This document shows positions 8,887-20,081 of a stretch of 64,000 nucleotides of DNA, piece by piece. The stretch's first letter is position 1, and every line of letters begins with the position of its first letter. The notes under the pieces were generated by a model that was not told the origin of the DNA, ran no database searches, and was given only the letters and a program-made list of their open reading frames with translations. Source of the DNA: a virus; IMG/VR virus record IMGVR_UViG_3300006310_000773, one strand, 5' to 3'. The position numbers and the translations under genes are program-made.

Positions 8887-11800
8887 GAATCTAATGCTAC
8901 AGCTCTTAAATCCTTAATTTTTGGTGGATCTATATTACTTGAAGATGTTAAAACAACTTTTATTGCAAAATATTTAAAATCTTTAAAAGTTGTAGATCCA
9001 ACAGTATATGCAGCAGAATCATCTGCTGTTTTATAATTATATGTCAAGAAATCTGACTCATTTGCAGAATATACACTTGAATCGGTTTCTTGTGTCATTT
9101 TATTCCAATATTTATCATCAAATGATTCAGAATCAGTTGAACTAAGTGCTTTATAATAAATATTAATATTTGAGGTACTAGGTTTATATGCTCTTATATA
9201 TACTCTAACATCTTCAGCGTCAAACCCGTCTTGTAATGTCACTCTTCTTGTTATATATCTCGCTATTCCATTTCCACCTTCTCTATCCGTTTCTGCTGAA
9301 ATTGTTACAGATCCACTTGTACCACCAGACAAAGTAGCAGTAATATTATCAAAATATCCACTTCCCTCCGCTGAAGCATATGCATCTGTAATTGCTCCTG
9401 TACCATCTGTGACTAATGTAACTCCCGCTCCCGTTCCTGTTGTTCCAGAAAGTGTGATATTACTAGTACCGTTTGCATATCCTGTTCCTCCCCCAACTAC
9501 AGCCACATTATTATTACTAATTCCACCATTGTTAATATTATTTTCAACAGTTATTAAATTTAATCTAGATAAATCTATAATTGGTGAAACATCTGAATTT
9601 GTTGTGGACATTTTCACTTGTATTTTCATATCTGGATCAGTACCACCATCATATTTACCTGTTCTAATAGTTTTTCTACTATCATGCTTAATATTTTTAT
9701 TTGATGTAAATTTAGTAAAAGAATTATCTCTAACAGCAATATGAGGATATGCTTCATTTTCAGTAGTTGTTTGATAAAAATAATCTATTACTGAATCTGA
9801 AAATTTCAATTCTGATGTACTTAATTTCATCAAATCATATGCCGTATTAGCTGTTCCATTTGAAAGAGGATGTGGAATTACATCAAATTGACATAAATTA
9901 GAATTAAAAGATGTTAATTGAAAAGAACATTTTTGTGTTTTAAACATCAAGCTTCTATTAGTAACCGGAGTCCATTTACTAGAATTATTTGTAACAAAAA
10001 AGTCTCCAACTTCAGGACCCTTTCCTGCTTTTGTATTTGTAGTATCAGTGTTAGTTACCATATTTCCTTCAACAGCGCTATAAACTTTATATTTTGGACT
10101 ATTTGTCATTAAAACAATAGCGAATTCGCCAGGTGGTAAATATACTGGTGATGGAAATTTAAATGTCGTTCCACTTGATGATTTTGTTGTATCAGGAGAA
10201 GAAGAGTCAACAGTTATTTCATCAGGAACAAGAACTTTTTCACCAAATGGTAGGACTTGAGCAACGCTTGGTGTTCCGTCTGTCATTGGTCTTACTTGTA
10301 CTGTTACAGGCAAATAAGTATCCTTTTGTGAAAAATAGAATGTAACATTTCTTAAAAACATCCCATTTGGATATCTAGACTCATCTATCACTATAGACTG
10401 TGCCATCGGATTCACAAAATTCGAAGAAGAACTTTTATCAGAAACAGCTGATTTTGTCACAACAGCGGATCTAATATCTTGTCTTCTCACTAAAGAAGAT
10501 CTTGTAGAAATTATACTTCCATCTGATACAGACTCCATACCCTTTATATGAAATGTTTTTTCAGCTACAGAATTAGTTTTAGATAATGTATTGTCAGCAT
10601 GATCAGTAAGTCTTACTAATCTTTCTCCCATTCTAAATTGTCCAGCTGTAAATTCAAAATTTCCAACTACAGTACCATTTATATCAGATTTAAGATTATT
10701 AACATATGTTGTTGGTACGGCTGATAAAGTCGCATTTGCTGTTACTGTTCCACTCGCAGAAACATAATCTGCTTCCACAATTGTTGATGTACCTGTCGCA
10801 GTCCAATCACCAATTGTATTCGCAAGCATTAATGTAGTATTTCCCGTATAATCTACATGAACCAATGTTCCAGAAATTGAACTATTCGCACTTACTGTTA
10901 CATATTCTCCCTCATTCGCTATAAATTCTGAGTTTCCTCCGTCAGTAATGGATAATGTCACTCCAGTATTAGCCTGCTCTGTTAAATTTACACCATCTAC
11001 ATATAAGTAATGATCAGTACTTGGTTTTAATCCTTGTGCTTTAAATAAAACAGTTTGTTTTCTATTCCATGAAACAATAGTATCATTAACTTGTTTATTG
11101 TTTACTGTTTTCTTAACTGATTCTGGTTGATCTTTTGATAAAATCCCATCTCTTGTATTTTGTTGATCTATAGTCTTGGCTGATCTATCTACTTTAGTAG
11201 AAGATGTTGATTTTTTATTCGCTTTTGAAACATCATCATTATTAATCTCTACACCACTCCAATTTTTTGACCAATTGTCCCATTGTGTACCAAATCCATA
11301 ATTATATTTACCAGATTCCCAATTATCACTACCTCCAGTTAAATTTATTAATACCTCTGGGCGCCTTCCATCATAAAACCAGGTATCACTAGGATTTGTC
11401 ATAGTTAAAATTCCATTAAACATACCAGAACCAAATGGATTTACTTCTTCAGTCGTTGTTGTAGCGGGTTGATCAATAAATCCCGTGTCTGTATAAGCAA
11501 CAGAAACCAAATCTCCTGTTTTCATTATATTCGCACTATTAACATCAAGTTTAAATTTAAAATTATCAGATTCAAATGTCGGTCTTAAAAGTGTTTGATC
11601 AAAATCTATCGCTATTCTATAATCATCATCTAAAACATCACCTATTGCATGTCCCGCAAATTGGTCTACAAGTATACCATTCTTAAATCTTTCCACTCCA
11701 CCATCTGTAAATATCGCTTGTTCCTTTGCATCTTTTTCCAAAAATGAGAGAGAAGTAAAATATTCAAGTTGTTCAACTCTTTTTTCTATTTTACCAATAT

Positions 11801-14800
11801 CCCTCATAGTAAATCTTTTATTTTCAATATATTGTAAATTTACATCAGTAACCTCAAATGTATATTCAGGAATATCTGCGATATAAATTGTCATAGAATC
11901 TTCATCATCTGCCGGAACAATAGGATCAACTGAAGGATTTCCTTCAATTACACCAAATTCCCTATCTTTTGTTACAACAATTTTATCTTTTCTTGGTAAA
12001 TAAAATTGTACATCTGTCGTTAAAACAACATCTGAATCTGGTAATCTTGGTAGAACTACAGATTGATTAATTGTCGCAGAATCTAAAGCAAATGACGCAG
12101 ATTCATCACCATTTGTTCTCTTTGGTCTAAAATCTAAACAATCTCTTAAACTTACTGTTTTTCCAGTTATAGGACTTGTGTATGATGGGATATCAGAAAA
12201 TTCTACGCCCGCAGTTGCTCCAAGATAAGTATCTACAGTAAATGGGCCGTCTGCAGCCTGATGTACAAAATAATCAAATACCGCCACTATTGGCACCGCC
12301 GGTGCGGATTGACCTGGTTTCAATTTAACAAATCCAAAATCATATAAATTATCTCTCTGGCCAGTTTCAAAATTATATTTGTCCGTTATATTATTAGTAT
12401 CACCAGCACTTGCACATGCTGTTGTAAACAATTCAGTAGTAAGGCTTGCAATATCAGTGTCTGGAGATTTAACAATTGCTTTCAAAGATTTTACATCTGA
12501 TGTTCTTAAACTAATCGTCGTATTAGCATAATCCGCAGCAGTAGTTGCTTTATATTGTCCTAATCCTCTTAAAGTTGTATTAGTATCACCACTAGTAAAG
12601 GATGTTGTATTTGAATTAACAATAGTTTTAGTTCTAAAGGTAGATGCGAGAGGAGATAATGAAATAGCCGCAGTTATTGTGGCAGTGAAATTATCATTAC
12701 TTCCCACACCCGTATCTAAAGCCATTGAAGTACCAGCTGCGTCTACTGAAGAGGTAGCACCAGCACCAAAATTAATAATGTCTCCAATGTTACGCGGACA
12801 CAATGCACCAATACTCCCTGTAATAGTACACACAACATGATTAAGTAAATCTGCAGATCCTAAAGAAGAACCCTTACCCGGCAAAAACACTCCACCAGTT
12901 TGAGTAATAGATGCAAGACCATTAGTAAAAGTTACACTAAAAAATTGCTGTTTTACTGTGTAATCAAATTTAGAAGTGACAAGAGGATTTAAGGTTTTTA
13001 CTACTGCTTGTGGTAATTCATATATTAAAGAACTTCTATCAGTATCAAATATTTTAGTAAGACTATTTGGATCTAATTGATCAACTTTACCAAATTGTGA
13101 AATGTCTGCATACTTTTCAATATTTCCAGAACCATCTGATTCTATAACACTTTCCAAATATTTTGCGGTAAAATCAATTTCACACGTATCACTAACTCCA
13201 ACATCTGCTAAAAATGCATTTGCTAAAGTAATAGTATTTCCTTGATGATCTGTGATGAGTCTTGATACTCCATCATTATAACCACTTGTCATTTTAATTG
13301 AAGCACCAGCATATGCTAAAGAAACATTAGTGGATTTTGTAGAATTTAAAACAAGTGTTGTTCCTCCTGCAGCAATGCCCGTATGAACATTAGACGTTAT
13401 ACTTGACATTTTGGTATCATACAAATATAAATCATAAGTACCATTTGTTGCCCCAGGAGTACCAGAAAAATAATCTAATTGTCTAGGTCTAGCAGTTCCT
13501 ATCTTTGATGTATTATATGTTGCTGCGGAAGTAGTATTGATATTTACTGTTCTTACACAATGTAAATCTATTGGTGCTTGTGTAGCGACATTAAATGAAC
13601 CATTCGCACTATCAATTCTCAAATTATTTCCAAAATTTGTATTCATAACAAATTCTATCGCATTGTTAGTGTCTCTACCCTTTCTTATATCAGCATATTC
13701 TACGGCAACACTTTCATAATCATATCCTCTTACATAAGCTTTGCCTGGTTCCAATCCAACAGACAATTTATCTAAATTATGAATAAATTGTGTTTGTCCT
13801 GATCCAATAGGAGCAGAAACAGTCATATTCTCATCATCTGCGATTGCCGTAACTGTAGTTGTTGCAGAATTAAAAGATCCATTTGTTAAATAAACAGAAT
13901 CACCAATTCTAAAATCTTTTAAAAATTTAGATTCAAGTCCAACTATTGATGCTGTTGTACTGGCTAATGTCCATCCACTCGCATTTTTATGAGTATTTAA
14001 ATTAGCCAAAAATGGTTTAACAGTATAGTTTCCTGATTCATCATAAGTTCTTCTTGCTAAAGTGTCATCTAATGCGGAATATACTGGATATTTTACAATT
14101 TTTGTTGGAAGACCATTAACAACTCTTAATAATTCTATAAAATTTTGTTCTGAAATAGTAGTGAGTGATTTTTTACCCAATATTAAAGCAATTTTATATC
14201 TATTTGCTCCAGGTGCATTAACGTTAAAAGACCCTGAAGCATTATCTAACAATGAAGAATCATCAGTATTATTTGTAATACTTTCAGTTATAGTTAATCC
14301 AACTTTATATGATGGTGTCGTTGCAAATTTTTCTAAAACAATAGTTTGGGCGTCAACTGTGACAAAAAATCCGTTTATATAATAAATTCCAGCAGAAATA
14401 CTTGCAATAGAACCATCTCCTGTAATGGTTCCGGCATCTGCGGTTTGTGCACTTATACCAGTACTGCCTGCAACATGTATCGTTGCTGATGTTGTAGTAA
14501 TTGTATCAGAACCAGAATATACTCCTATTAAAACGGGAGCATCGCTACCTTCAGCCTCTACAGTAGTAATTACATCAAAGGTAATTGTGTCTGCACCACT
14601 AAGTTGAATTTTTTGATTTGCGAATGTTGATGCAGTTTCAGTTGATGCTAATCTAATATAACTAACGTTAGTATTTAAATTAATCTGTCCACCTGTAACA
14701 ATACTACCATCCTTATAAAAGGAATCGCCCAATCTGGATATTTGATTTTGTAAAATTGTCTGAAGTTGTGTTAACTCTCTAACCTGAAGAGAAACTCCAG

Positions 14801-14894
14801 GTTGAAATAACATTCTAAGAAATTTCTTAGTTTCATCATAATCATCAAAATAAGGACTTTGCTGTAAAGATGAAAGTAAACTTAATGTAGCCAT
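8883..14894 (-). CDS. Large virion structural protein (VrlC / DUF4815-like)
   Basis: SPYFDDYDETKKFLRMLFQPGVSLQVRELTQLQTILQNQI N-terminus, LARRTYDESGNYTV, RFTMRDIGKIEKRVEQLEYFTSLS and C-terminal PKIKDLRAVAL. Confidence 0.9.
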   Translation of the reverse strand: MATLSLLSSLQQSPYFDDYDETKKFLRMLFQPGVSLQVRELTQLQTILQNQISRLGDSFYKDGSIVTGGQINLNTNVSYIRLASTETASTFANQKIQLSGADTITFDVITTVEAEGSDAPVLIGVYSGSDTITTTSATIHVAGSTGISAQTADAGTITGDGSIASISAGIYYINGFFVTVDAQTIVLEKFATTPSYKVGLTITESITNNTDDSSLLDNASGSFNVNAPGANRYKIALILGKKSLTTISEQNFIELLRVVNGLPTKIVKYPVYSALDDTLARRTYDESGNYTVKPFLANLNTHKNASGWTLASTTASIVGLESKFLKDFRIGDSVYLTNGSFNSATTTVTAIADDENMTVSAPIGSGQTQFIHNLDKLSVGLEPGKAYVRGYDYESVAVEYADIRKGRDTNNAIEFVMNTNFGNNLRIDSANGSFNVATQAPIDLHCVRTVNINTTSAATYNTSKIGTARPRQLDYFSGTPGATNGTYDLYLYDTKMSSITSNVHTGIAAGGTTLVLNSTKSTNVSLAYAGASIKMTSGYNDGVSRLITDHQGNTITLANAFLADVGVSDTCEIDFTAKYLESVIESDGSGNIEKYADISQFGKVDQLDPNSLTKIFDTDRSSLIYELPQAVVKTLNPLVTSKFDYTVKQQFFSVTFTNGLASITQTGGVFLPGKGSSLGSADLLNHVVCTITGSIGALCPRNIGDIINFGAGATSSVDAAGTSMALDTGVGSNDNFTATITAAISLSPLASTFRTKTIVNSNTTSFTSGDTNTTLRGLGQYKATTAADYANTTISLRTSDVKSLKAIVKSPDTDIASLTTELFTTACASAGDTNNITDKYNFETGQRDNLYDFGFVKLKPGQSAPAVPIVAVFDYFVHQAADGPFTVDTYLGATAGVEFSDIPSYTSPITGKTVSLRDCLDFRPKRTNGDESASFALDSATINQSVVLPRLPDSDVVLTTDVQFYLPRKDKIVVTKDREFGVIEGNPSVDPIVPADDEDSMTIYIADIPEYTFEVTDVNLQYIENKRFTMRDIGKIEKRVEQLEYFTSLSFLEKDAKEQAIFTDGGVERFKNGILVDQFAGHAIGDVLDDDYRIAIDFDQTLLRPTFESDNFKFKLDVNSANIMKTGDLVSVAYTDTGFIDQPATTTTEEVNPFGSGMFNGILTMTNPSDTWFYDGRRPEVLINLTGGSDNWESGKYNYGFGTQWDNWSKNWSGVEINNDDVSKANKKSTSSTKVDRSAKTIDQQNTRDGILSKDQPESVKKTVNNKQVNDTIVSWNRKQTVLFKAQGLKPSTDHYLYVDGVNLTEQANTGVTLSITDGGNSEFIANEGEYVTVSANSSISGTLVHVDYTGNTTLMLANTIGDWTATGTSTIVEADYVSASGTVTANATLSAVPTTYVNNLKSDINGTVVGNFEFTAGQFRMGERLVRLTDHADNTLSKTNSVAEKTFHIKGMESVSDGSIISTRSSLVRRQDIRSAVVTKSAVSDKSSSSNFVNPMAQSIVIDESRYPNGMFLRNVTFYFSQKDTYLPVTVQVRPMTDGTPSVAQVLPFGEKVLVPDEITVDSSSPDTTKSSSGTTFKFPSPVYLPPGEFAIVLMTNSPKYKVYSAVEGNMVTNTDTTNTKAGKGPEVGDFFVTNNSSKWTPVTNRSLMFKTQKCSFQLTSFNSNLCQFDVIPHPLSNGTANTAYDLMKLSTSELKFSDSVIDYFYQTTTENEAYPHIAVRDNSFTKFTSNKNIKHDSRKTIRTGKYDGGTDPDMKIQVKMSTTNSDVSPIIDLSRLNLITVENNINNGGISNNNVAVVGGGTGYANGTSNITLSGTTGTGAGVTLVTDGTGAITDAYASAEGSGYFDNITATLSGGTSGSVTISAETDREGGNGIARYITRRVTLQDGFDAEDVRVYIRAYKPSTSNINIYYKALSSTDSESFDDKYWNKMTQETDSSVYSANESDFLTYNYKTADDSAAYTVGSTTFKDFKYFAIKVVLTSSSNIDPPKIKDLRAVALDS

Positions 14895-14897
14895 GAA

Positions 14898-16646
14898 TTA
14901 AAACTCTATTATTAATTTGATATCTTCGGTTTGATCTGAGGCTCTTACAACAGGAGACCTATTTTCCACATACAAAAGTGTTCCAGAATATGGTTTAAAT
15001 TCTCCAGCAGTTAAAGAGGTGACGGTAGCCGTACTTCCATCACATGTAACAGTTTCAGCTTCCTGGAATCCTCCCGGCTTGCCAGCAATATCAGGACCTT
15101 GATTAGGATTTGTCAAATTTGAACCAGTACCTGCCGCAGTTCCTAGTAATCTATTTGCATTTGTTGGACCCAAAGACATTGATACTAATCTCAAATCTTT
15201 TACACCTGATGAAACAACTACTTCATCAACAATTCTTCCTATTGCGCCTGACGTATTTCCTTGAACATATCCATCATCAATAAAATTTGAACCATTTATT
15301 GAAGAAACCCGCATTGTTACAGCCTGAGTACCTGCCTGTGCCGTAAATCTATGTGTTGTATTAGCTGAAACAGGATTTTTTATTAATCCAACTTTTCTAA
15401 AATCATTTACTACTGGAAATTTACCACTCTCACTTTGTTCTATTCTTTGATTAATCATAATAAAATTTCCCCCCAATTCTTCAACAATATCATATGCATG
15501 ACCACCTGACGGGCCAATTCTTGGTACAATCACACCACCGGAACCAGTTGCTCCTGTACCAGATTGTATTACTTTAACTTCTGCAGTGTTATAACCAGAA
15601 CCTACTACTCCCGCAAAAACCGCACCAAGTGTACCAGAAGTTCCCCCCTCTACACATCGAGCTGTTGCTCCTGTACCATCACCATAAACGGCGAGTCGAG
15701 GTTGAACTGTAAATGATCCTGTTGCATCTCCCGCTAATGCTTCAGTTAAAGTAAATTGTCCTTTAGACTGTCCTTCATCATATACATAAGTATCTATTAT
15801 TCGAATATCATTATTAATATAAACTGCTGAACCATCATAAATTCCATCTGTAGTATTAATTCCCGCTGTCGCAGTTTCAAAGAAAGTCGTAGTTGTAGAA
15901 CCTACTGTTGCTCCGGTAAAAAATAAATAATTTGATCCTGCGTCTGTAATATTATAAACATCTATCGCACCTTTTACAGAATTCACCTCAATATCATATT
16001 GATTAGATCCATCATCCAAAGGCATTCCCGTAGATCCCGTTAATCCTATAGAATTAGCATTTCTTAATGTCTTACAAGGAATATAATTTGGTGTCACAAA
16101 TTTTAATGCTTCAGCTGCAGTAATTGTATACAAAAACTTCCATTTATAATTATCCAATCCATATTTGTCTTCTATCGCGCTGGCCTCTGTACTAACAGAA
16201 GTTGGTACCGAGGTTGATGTTGAATTATTAGCATTATCCATACATTTGTATACATTAAAATCTGTAGTCATAACATGTATTGGGTTTGCAGTATTAGAAT
16301 ATAATGTATCTACATCTTCCTTATACATCGCATATACTGATCCTGAAGTCCAATTATTTCTTGGTATTACATGTGAAGTATATGATTGTGTAACTTTTTT
16401 CGCGGCAATCATGGAGTCCCAAGAATCATGAGTATTTTCAAATACACTATCTCTTGGTGTGGGTGGAGCGTTATCATCAGACCATGCCGTTGTATTACCA
16501 ATATACAAATAAATATGATCATCCAATGTCGTTGAATCTTCAGAACCTGAAACGTCCGATCCGCTCCAATCTATAGTTTCACCCAAACCTTCTCTAAATT
16601 GTTTAGCTTGATGAGTTCTAAATTTTCTTGTTACTAAAGCTGGCAT
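14898..16646 (-). CDS. gp8: Baseplate wedge subunit gp8
   Basis: VYKCMDN, YKWKFLYTI and C-terminal YSGTLLYVENRSPVVRASDQTEDIKLIIEF. Confidence 0.9.
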   Translation of the reverse strand: MPALVTRKFRTHQAKQFREGLGETIDWSGSDVSGSEDSTTLDDHIYLYIGNTTAWSDDNAPPTPRDSVFENTHDSWDSMIAAKKVTQSYTSHVIPRNNWTSGSVYAMYKEDVDTLYSNTANPIHVMTTDFNVYKCMDNANNSTSTSVPTSVSTEASAIEDKYGLDNYKWKFLYTITAAEALKFVTPNYIPCKTLRNANSIGLTGSTGMPLDDGSNQYDIEVNSVKGAIDVYNITDAGSNYLFFTGATVGSTTTTFFETATAGINTTDGIYDGSAVYINNDIRIIDTYVYDEGQSKGQFTLTEALAGDATGSFTVQPRLAVYGDGTGATARCVEGGTSGTLGAVFAGVVGSGYNTAEVKVIQSGTGATGSGGVIVPRIGPSGGHAYDIVEELGGNFIMINQRIEQSESGKFPVVNDFRKVGLIKNPVSANTTHRFTAQAGTQAVTMRVSSINGSNFIDDGYVQGNTSGAIGRIVDEVVVSSGVKDLRLVSMSLGPTNANRLLGTAAGTGSNLTNPNQGPDIAGKPGGFQEAETVTCDGSTATVTSLTAGEFKPYSGTLLYVENRSPVVRASDQTEDIKLIIEF

Positions 16647-16677
16647 TTTTAATTCCTTTATTATAGTCTATGTTTAT

Positions 16678-19600
16678 TTATGTCCGTTTCATAATGGAAA
16701 TATTCTCCACTCCAAATAATGCAGGAGTCTGTGATGGAGAATATGCCCAATTACCTTGATTAAGTTTATATCTTATATCTTGATCTAAAGTTATTTTTCG
16801 AGAAGCTATCGTATCAATTGTATGTAGTTGATAATCTGTCACAAAAATTGGATTATCGACAAAACCTTTCGATGGTCTGCCCTCTAAAGCTAATTCATAA
16901 GTCTCATCGCCCATTAAATCTATTTTTCCACCTCCGGACGCGGTTTCTAATAATACATTTTCATTTAATCCAATATATTGTCTATCAAAAAATACTTCAG
17001 TATTAGCAGAATAATTTGAAAATTCAACATTTTGCAAATCATTTGTCAAACTATCAAATCTATAATCACTTATCTTAAAATCTTTATAATATGACCAATA
17101 TTCTGATGATAAATTATCTATAGTAGATTGAGTAATAAGTTCTTTTGACAATCTAATAATTCTATATGAAACATCATCTAAAACTGTTACTCCTGTATAA
17201 TCTTTTACTGGTAGCCCATCTACTTGTAATAATATTCCTGTATCTGCAGCGAGGTCAATATTATTTATTATAAATTTTTGATTATTTAATGTTATTGAAG
17301 TATTACTAAATTCTGGAAAACCATCTATTTGAACGATATCATTATTACGCAACCATAAATCTGTATCAGTTTTAATTTTAACATAACTTTCAACCACTCT
17401 CAATTGTTCCGTGTGTGAAGCTGATGCTGTAATCGGAATTGTGAAAGCTGTGCCGCTAGTTTGAGTTATATCCGCATGAGGAATAATTTTATCATTTATA
17501 AAAACTGTTAATGTACTAGGTTCATATGTTTTAGTAAGTATGTGAGATGTTGCAACAGAACTGATTGTTTCTCCAGAAAGATCAAAATAAGAAGTTTCAT
17601 ATTTTGTTGTAATACCATCATTTGTAGCCGCGTCTTCTTTTATAAAATATGTCTGACACAAAGACCAAAATCTAACATCATCATATGTTTGTTCTAAAAA
17701 GGATTCTTTCATTACCTGTTCTGTGGTCGCTGTATGCTTAACTTCACACTTATCTGCCTCACTTAACCAAACACCATCAATTCTTTCATCATCTGATCCT
17801 GTTGTCCATTCAATATGAGACAGATCAAATTTTGGTTCAGGAACAGGCACCACTATAGGAATATCAAAAACTAGTAAAAAGGATCTATATTTTATATTTT
17901 GATTAACATTTGAATTCTCAACAGTATTGACAGTTGTTGCTGGATCAGTTTTAAACAATGACAGATCCAAATCATTTCTCATAATTACTTCACCAAACAT
18001 ATTTAATCCTGCTGGATGAATTGTATTTAAAATTAAATCCCTAAAAAGTTCAACTGATTTATCTGATTTTATAACATAAGAAAAATCTTGATAATATACA
18101 CTATCTTGCAACTTCTTTTGTGAACTACATTGTCCATCCGCCCCCGCATAAAACCCAGGATAATATCTAACAGAATCCATAATGAGCGAAGCATTAGCAA
18201 GACCATTTCCAAAACCAGTAAAATCAAACGTTGGTGGAATTGGAGTTCCCCATTTATCCGTGCCATATCCTGTTCCAGGATTATCAATGCGGACTGATGT
18301 AACACCTCCCCCCATAGTATCAACAATAAATACCGCATCCTGTCCTATAGGATAAGATCGACCACCAGTTGAAGGATATCCATTAGTTTCTATGTAATTA
18401 AAATTAGTATCTATTGAAAGAGTTGGCGTTGATTGATAACCTTTTCCATAATCCATTATTTCTATAGTTTCAATTTTACCTACCGTAACATCTGAAAATG
18501 TAAGAGATTCTAATGTTGATGTATTAGTATTTGAAAGAAATATGGCCGTGTGTCCCACATTAGCAGAAATTCCCCCGTAATCACCATTTATTGCGACAGA
18601 ATTTGTATATGGATGATCACTTTCAATTTCAGAAATTAATGTAGGAGTAAATGCAAATCCATCTCTTCTAAAAGCATAAACAGTATCATCTGAAGTAAAA
18701 GCCAGACTTGTATCTGCAGATGAATTTGCGGTTGGTGCATATCTAATAACAGTATTACTCAATACTTCAACTACAACTCCCCTCTTTGTTGATTGAGACG
18801 CATTATTCTGTATAAAATAATTTGAAAGTAAAAATTCCTCTCTTATGGGAATATCTGTTTCTGAAGAGAGTGTCATAACATGAGTATTACACAAATCAAA
18901 AATTTTCTCATTACTTATTTCTACAGTAGAAAGTGTAAATTGATCTAATTCTGTAACTTTCGCTCTCGCGCTTTCCGTAGGAAGTGATAACGTATTATCA
19001 AAATCTACCCAATCTCCTACTTGATATCCTGAACCGTCATTAATTCTTCGTAAACTTGTGACTTGATCCTCTGTAGTACTACCGACTTTTGCTATAGCAC
19101 CTACACCAACTCCACCAATTAAAGGAATAGTTTCCTCTTTTGTATATTCTCTTCCCTCAGTGATCATAGTAGCTACATTCACATTTGGATTAGAAGAAAT
19201 CATTCCTAAAACTGCGGAATTCGCAAAAGAACCATCGTCGCTTTCTGAAGTTGCTTGAACTATTTCTCCTATATCAAAACTTCCAATTTGATTTTTTAAA
19301 TATAACTCTGTAACATACGTAGTAGATACTTTATTAAGAGCTAATGAAGTTATAAATGCACTCGATCCAGTAGTTTGCCCTACTATAGTTCTACCTAAAA
19401 ATTCACGATTTACAAATTCATCATTAACATGTAAGGTTATATTTCTAATCCAAGCTCCATGAGAAGGTTTAAGCATATCAACTTTTGGATAATAAAAGTC
19501 TACGCTTTCTGTTGACAATGCTGCTCTAAAGAGTGTTTGATATGATCTTTCATCACCCTTTTCCATGTAAACTTCTTTAATTTTCGATGCGAATATTTTT

Positions 19601-20070
19601 TTATCAATATCTAAGTCTTCTGGCCAGTTTTCAAAAAATTCATATCTAAAATTATAAAATAATTCATTATTAGGAGATGGAAATTCACTCCAATCAAGAG
19701 CAACTTTCGAAGCATTTAATGGATTTCTTCTATAATGATGTATTGTCCCTGTCGCACCATTACTACCAGTTATAGTTTCACCAGCTTCAAATATTACATT
19801 ATTAGTTTGTGACACATACAAGTATACTCCGGTTCCCAAATTCGTAGAAGTATCTATTGATAATATCTTAGCAGTAGCACTGTTCGTATCACTTGTAATT
19901 ACTTCTCCCTCAGAAAATGCGCCAGTATTCGCGCTAAGATGTACTTGAATTGATTCTAAAAATTGATAATAGCTTTTTAGAAACTGGACAAACATCGTGT
20001 TTTCTTTTCGAAAACTAACGGGAAGCTGATTTTCTACAATACAAGATAAATTATTATTAACTACAGCCAT
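16678..20070 (-). CDS. gp7: Baseplate wedge initiator, gp7-like
   Basis: FVQFLKSYYQFLE, KLQDSVYYQDFSYVIKS and IHPAG motifs; lies between gp6 and gp8. Confidence 0.8.
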   Translation of the reverse strand: MAVVNNNLSCIVENQLPVSFRKENTMFVQFLKSYYQFLESIQVHLSANTGAFSEGEVITSDTNSATAKILSIDTSTNLGTGVYLYVSQTNNVIFEAGETITGSNGATGTIHHYRRNPLNASKVALDWSEFPSPNNELFYNFRYEFFENWPEDLDIDKKIFASKIKEVYMEKGDERSYQTLFRAALSTESVDFYYPKVDMLKPSHGAWIRNITLHVNDEFVNREFLGRTIVGQTTGSSAFITSLALNKVSTTYVTELYLKNQIGSFDIGEIVQATSESDDGSFANSAVLGMISSNPNVNVATMITEGREYTKEETIPLIGGVGVGAIAKVGSTTEDQVTSLRRINDGSGYQVGDWVDFDNTLSLPTESARAKVTELDQFTLSTVEISNEKIFDLCNTHVMTLSSETDIPIREEFLLSNYFIQNNASQSTKRGVVVEVLSNTVIRYAPTANSSADTSLAFTSDDTVYAFRRDGFAFTPTLISEIESDHPYTNSVAINGDYGGISANVGHTAIFLSNTNTSTLESLTFSDVTVGKIETIEIMDYGKGYQSTPTLSIDTNFNYIETNGYPSTGGRSYPIGQDAVFIVDTMGGGVTSVRIDNPGTGYGTDKWGTPIPPTFDFTGFGNGLANASLIMDSVRYYPGFYAGADGQCSSQKKLQDSVYYQDFSYVIKSDKSVELFRDLILNTIHPAGLNMFGEVIMRNDLDLSLFKTDPATTVNTVENSNVNQNIKYRSFLLVFDIPIVVPVPEPKFDLSHIEWTTGSDDERIDGVWLSEADKCEVKHTATTEQVMKESFLEQTYDDVRFWSLCQTYFIKEDAATNDGITTKYETSYFDLSGETISSVATSHILTKTYEPSTLTVFINDKIIPHADITQTSGTAFTIPITASASHTEQLRVVESYVKIKTDTDLWLRNNDIVQIDGFPEFSNTSITLNNQKFIINNIDLAADTGILLQVDGLPVKDYTGVTVLDDVSYRIIRLSKELITQSTIDNLSSEYWSYYKDFKISDYRFDSLTNDLQNVEFSNYSANTEVFFDRQYIGLNENVLLETASGGGKIDLMGDETYELALEGRPSKGFVDNPIFVTDYQLHTIDTIASRKITLDQDIRYKLNQGNWAYSPSQTPALFGVENISIMKRT

Positions 20071-20081
20071 TAAAAATTACC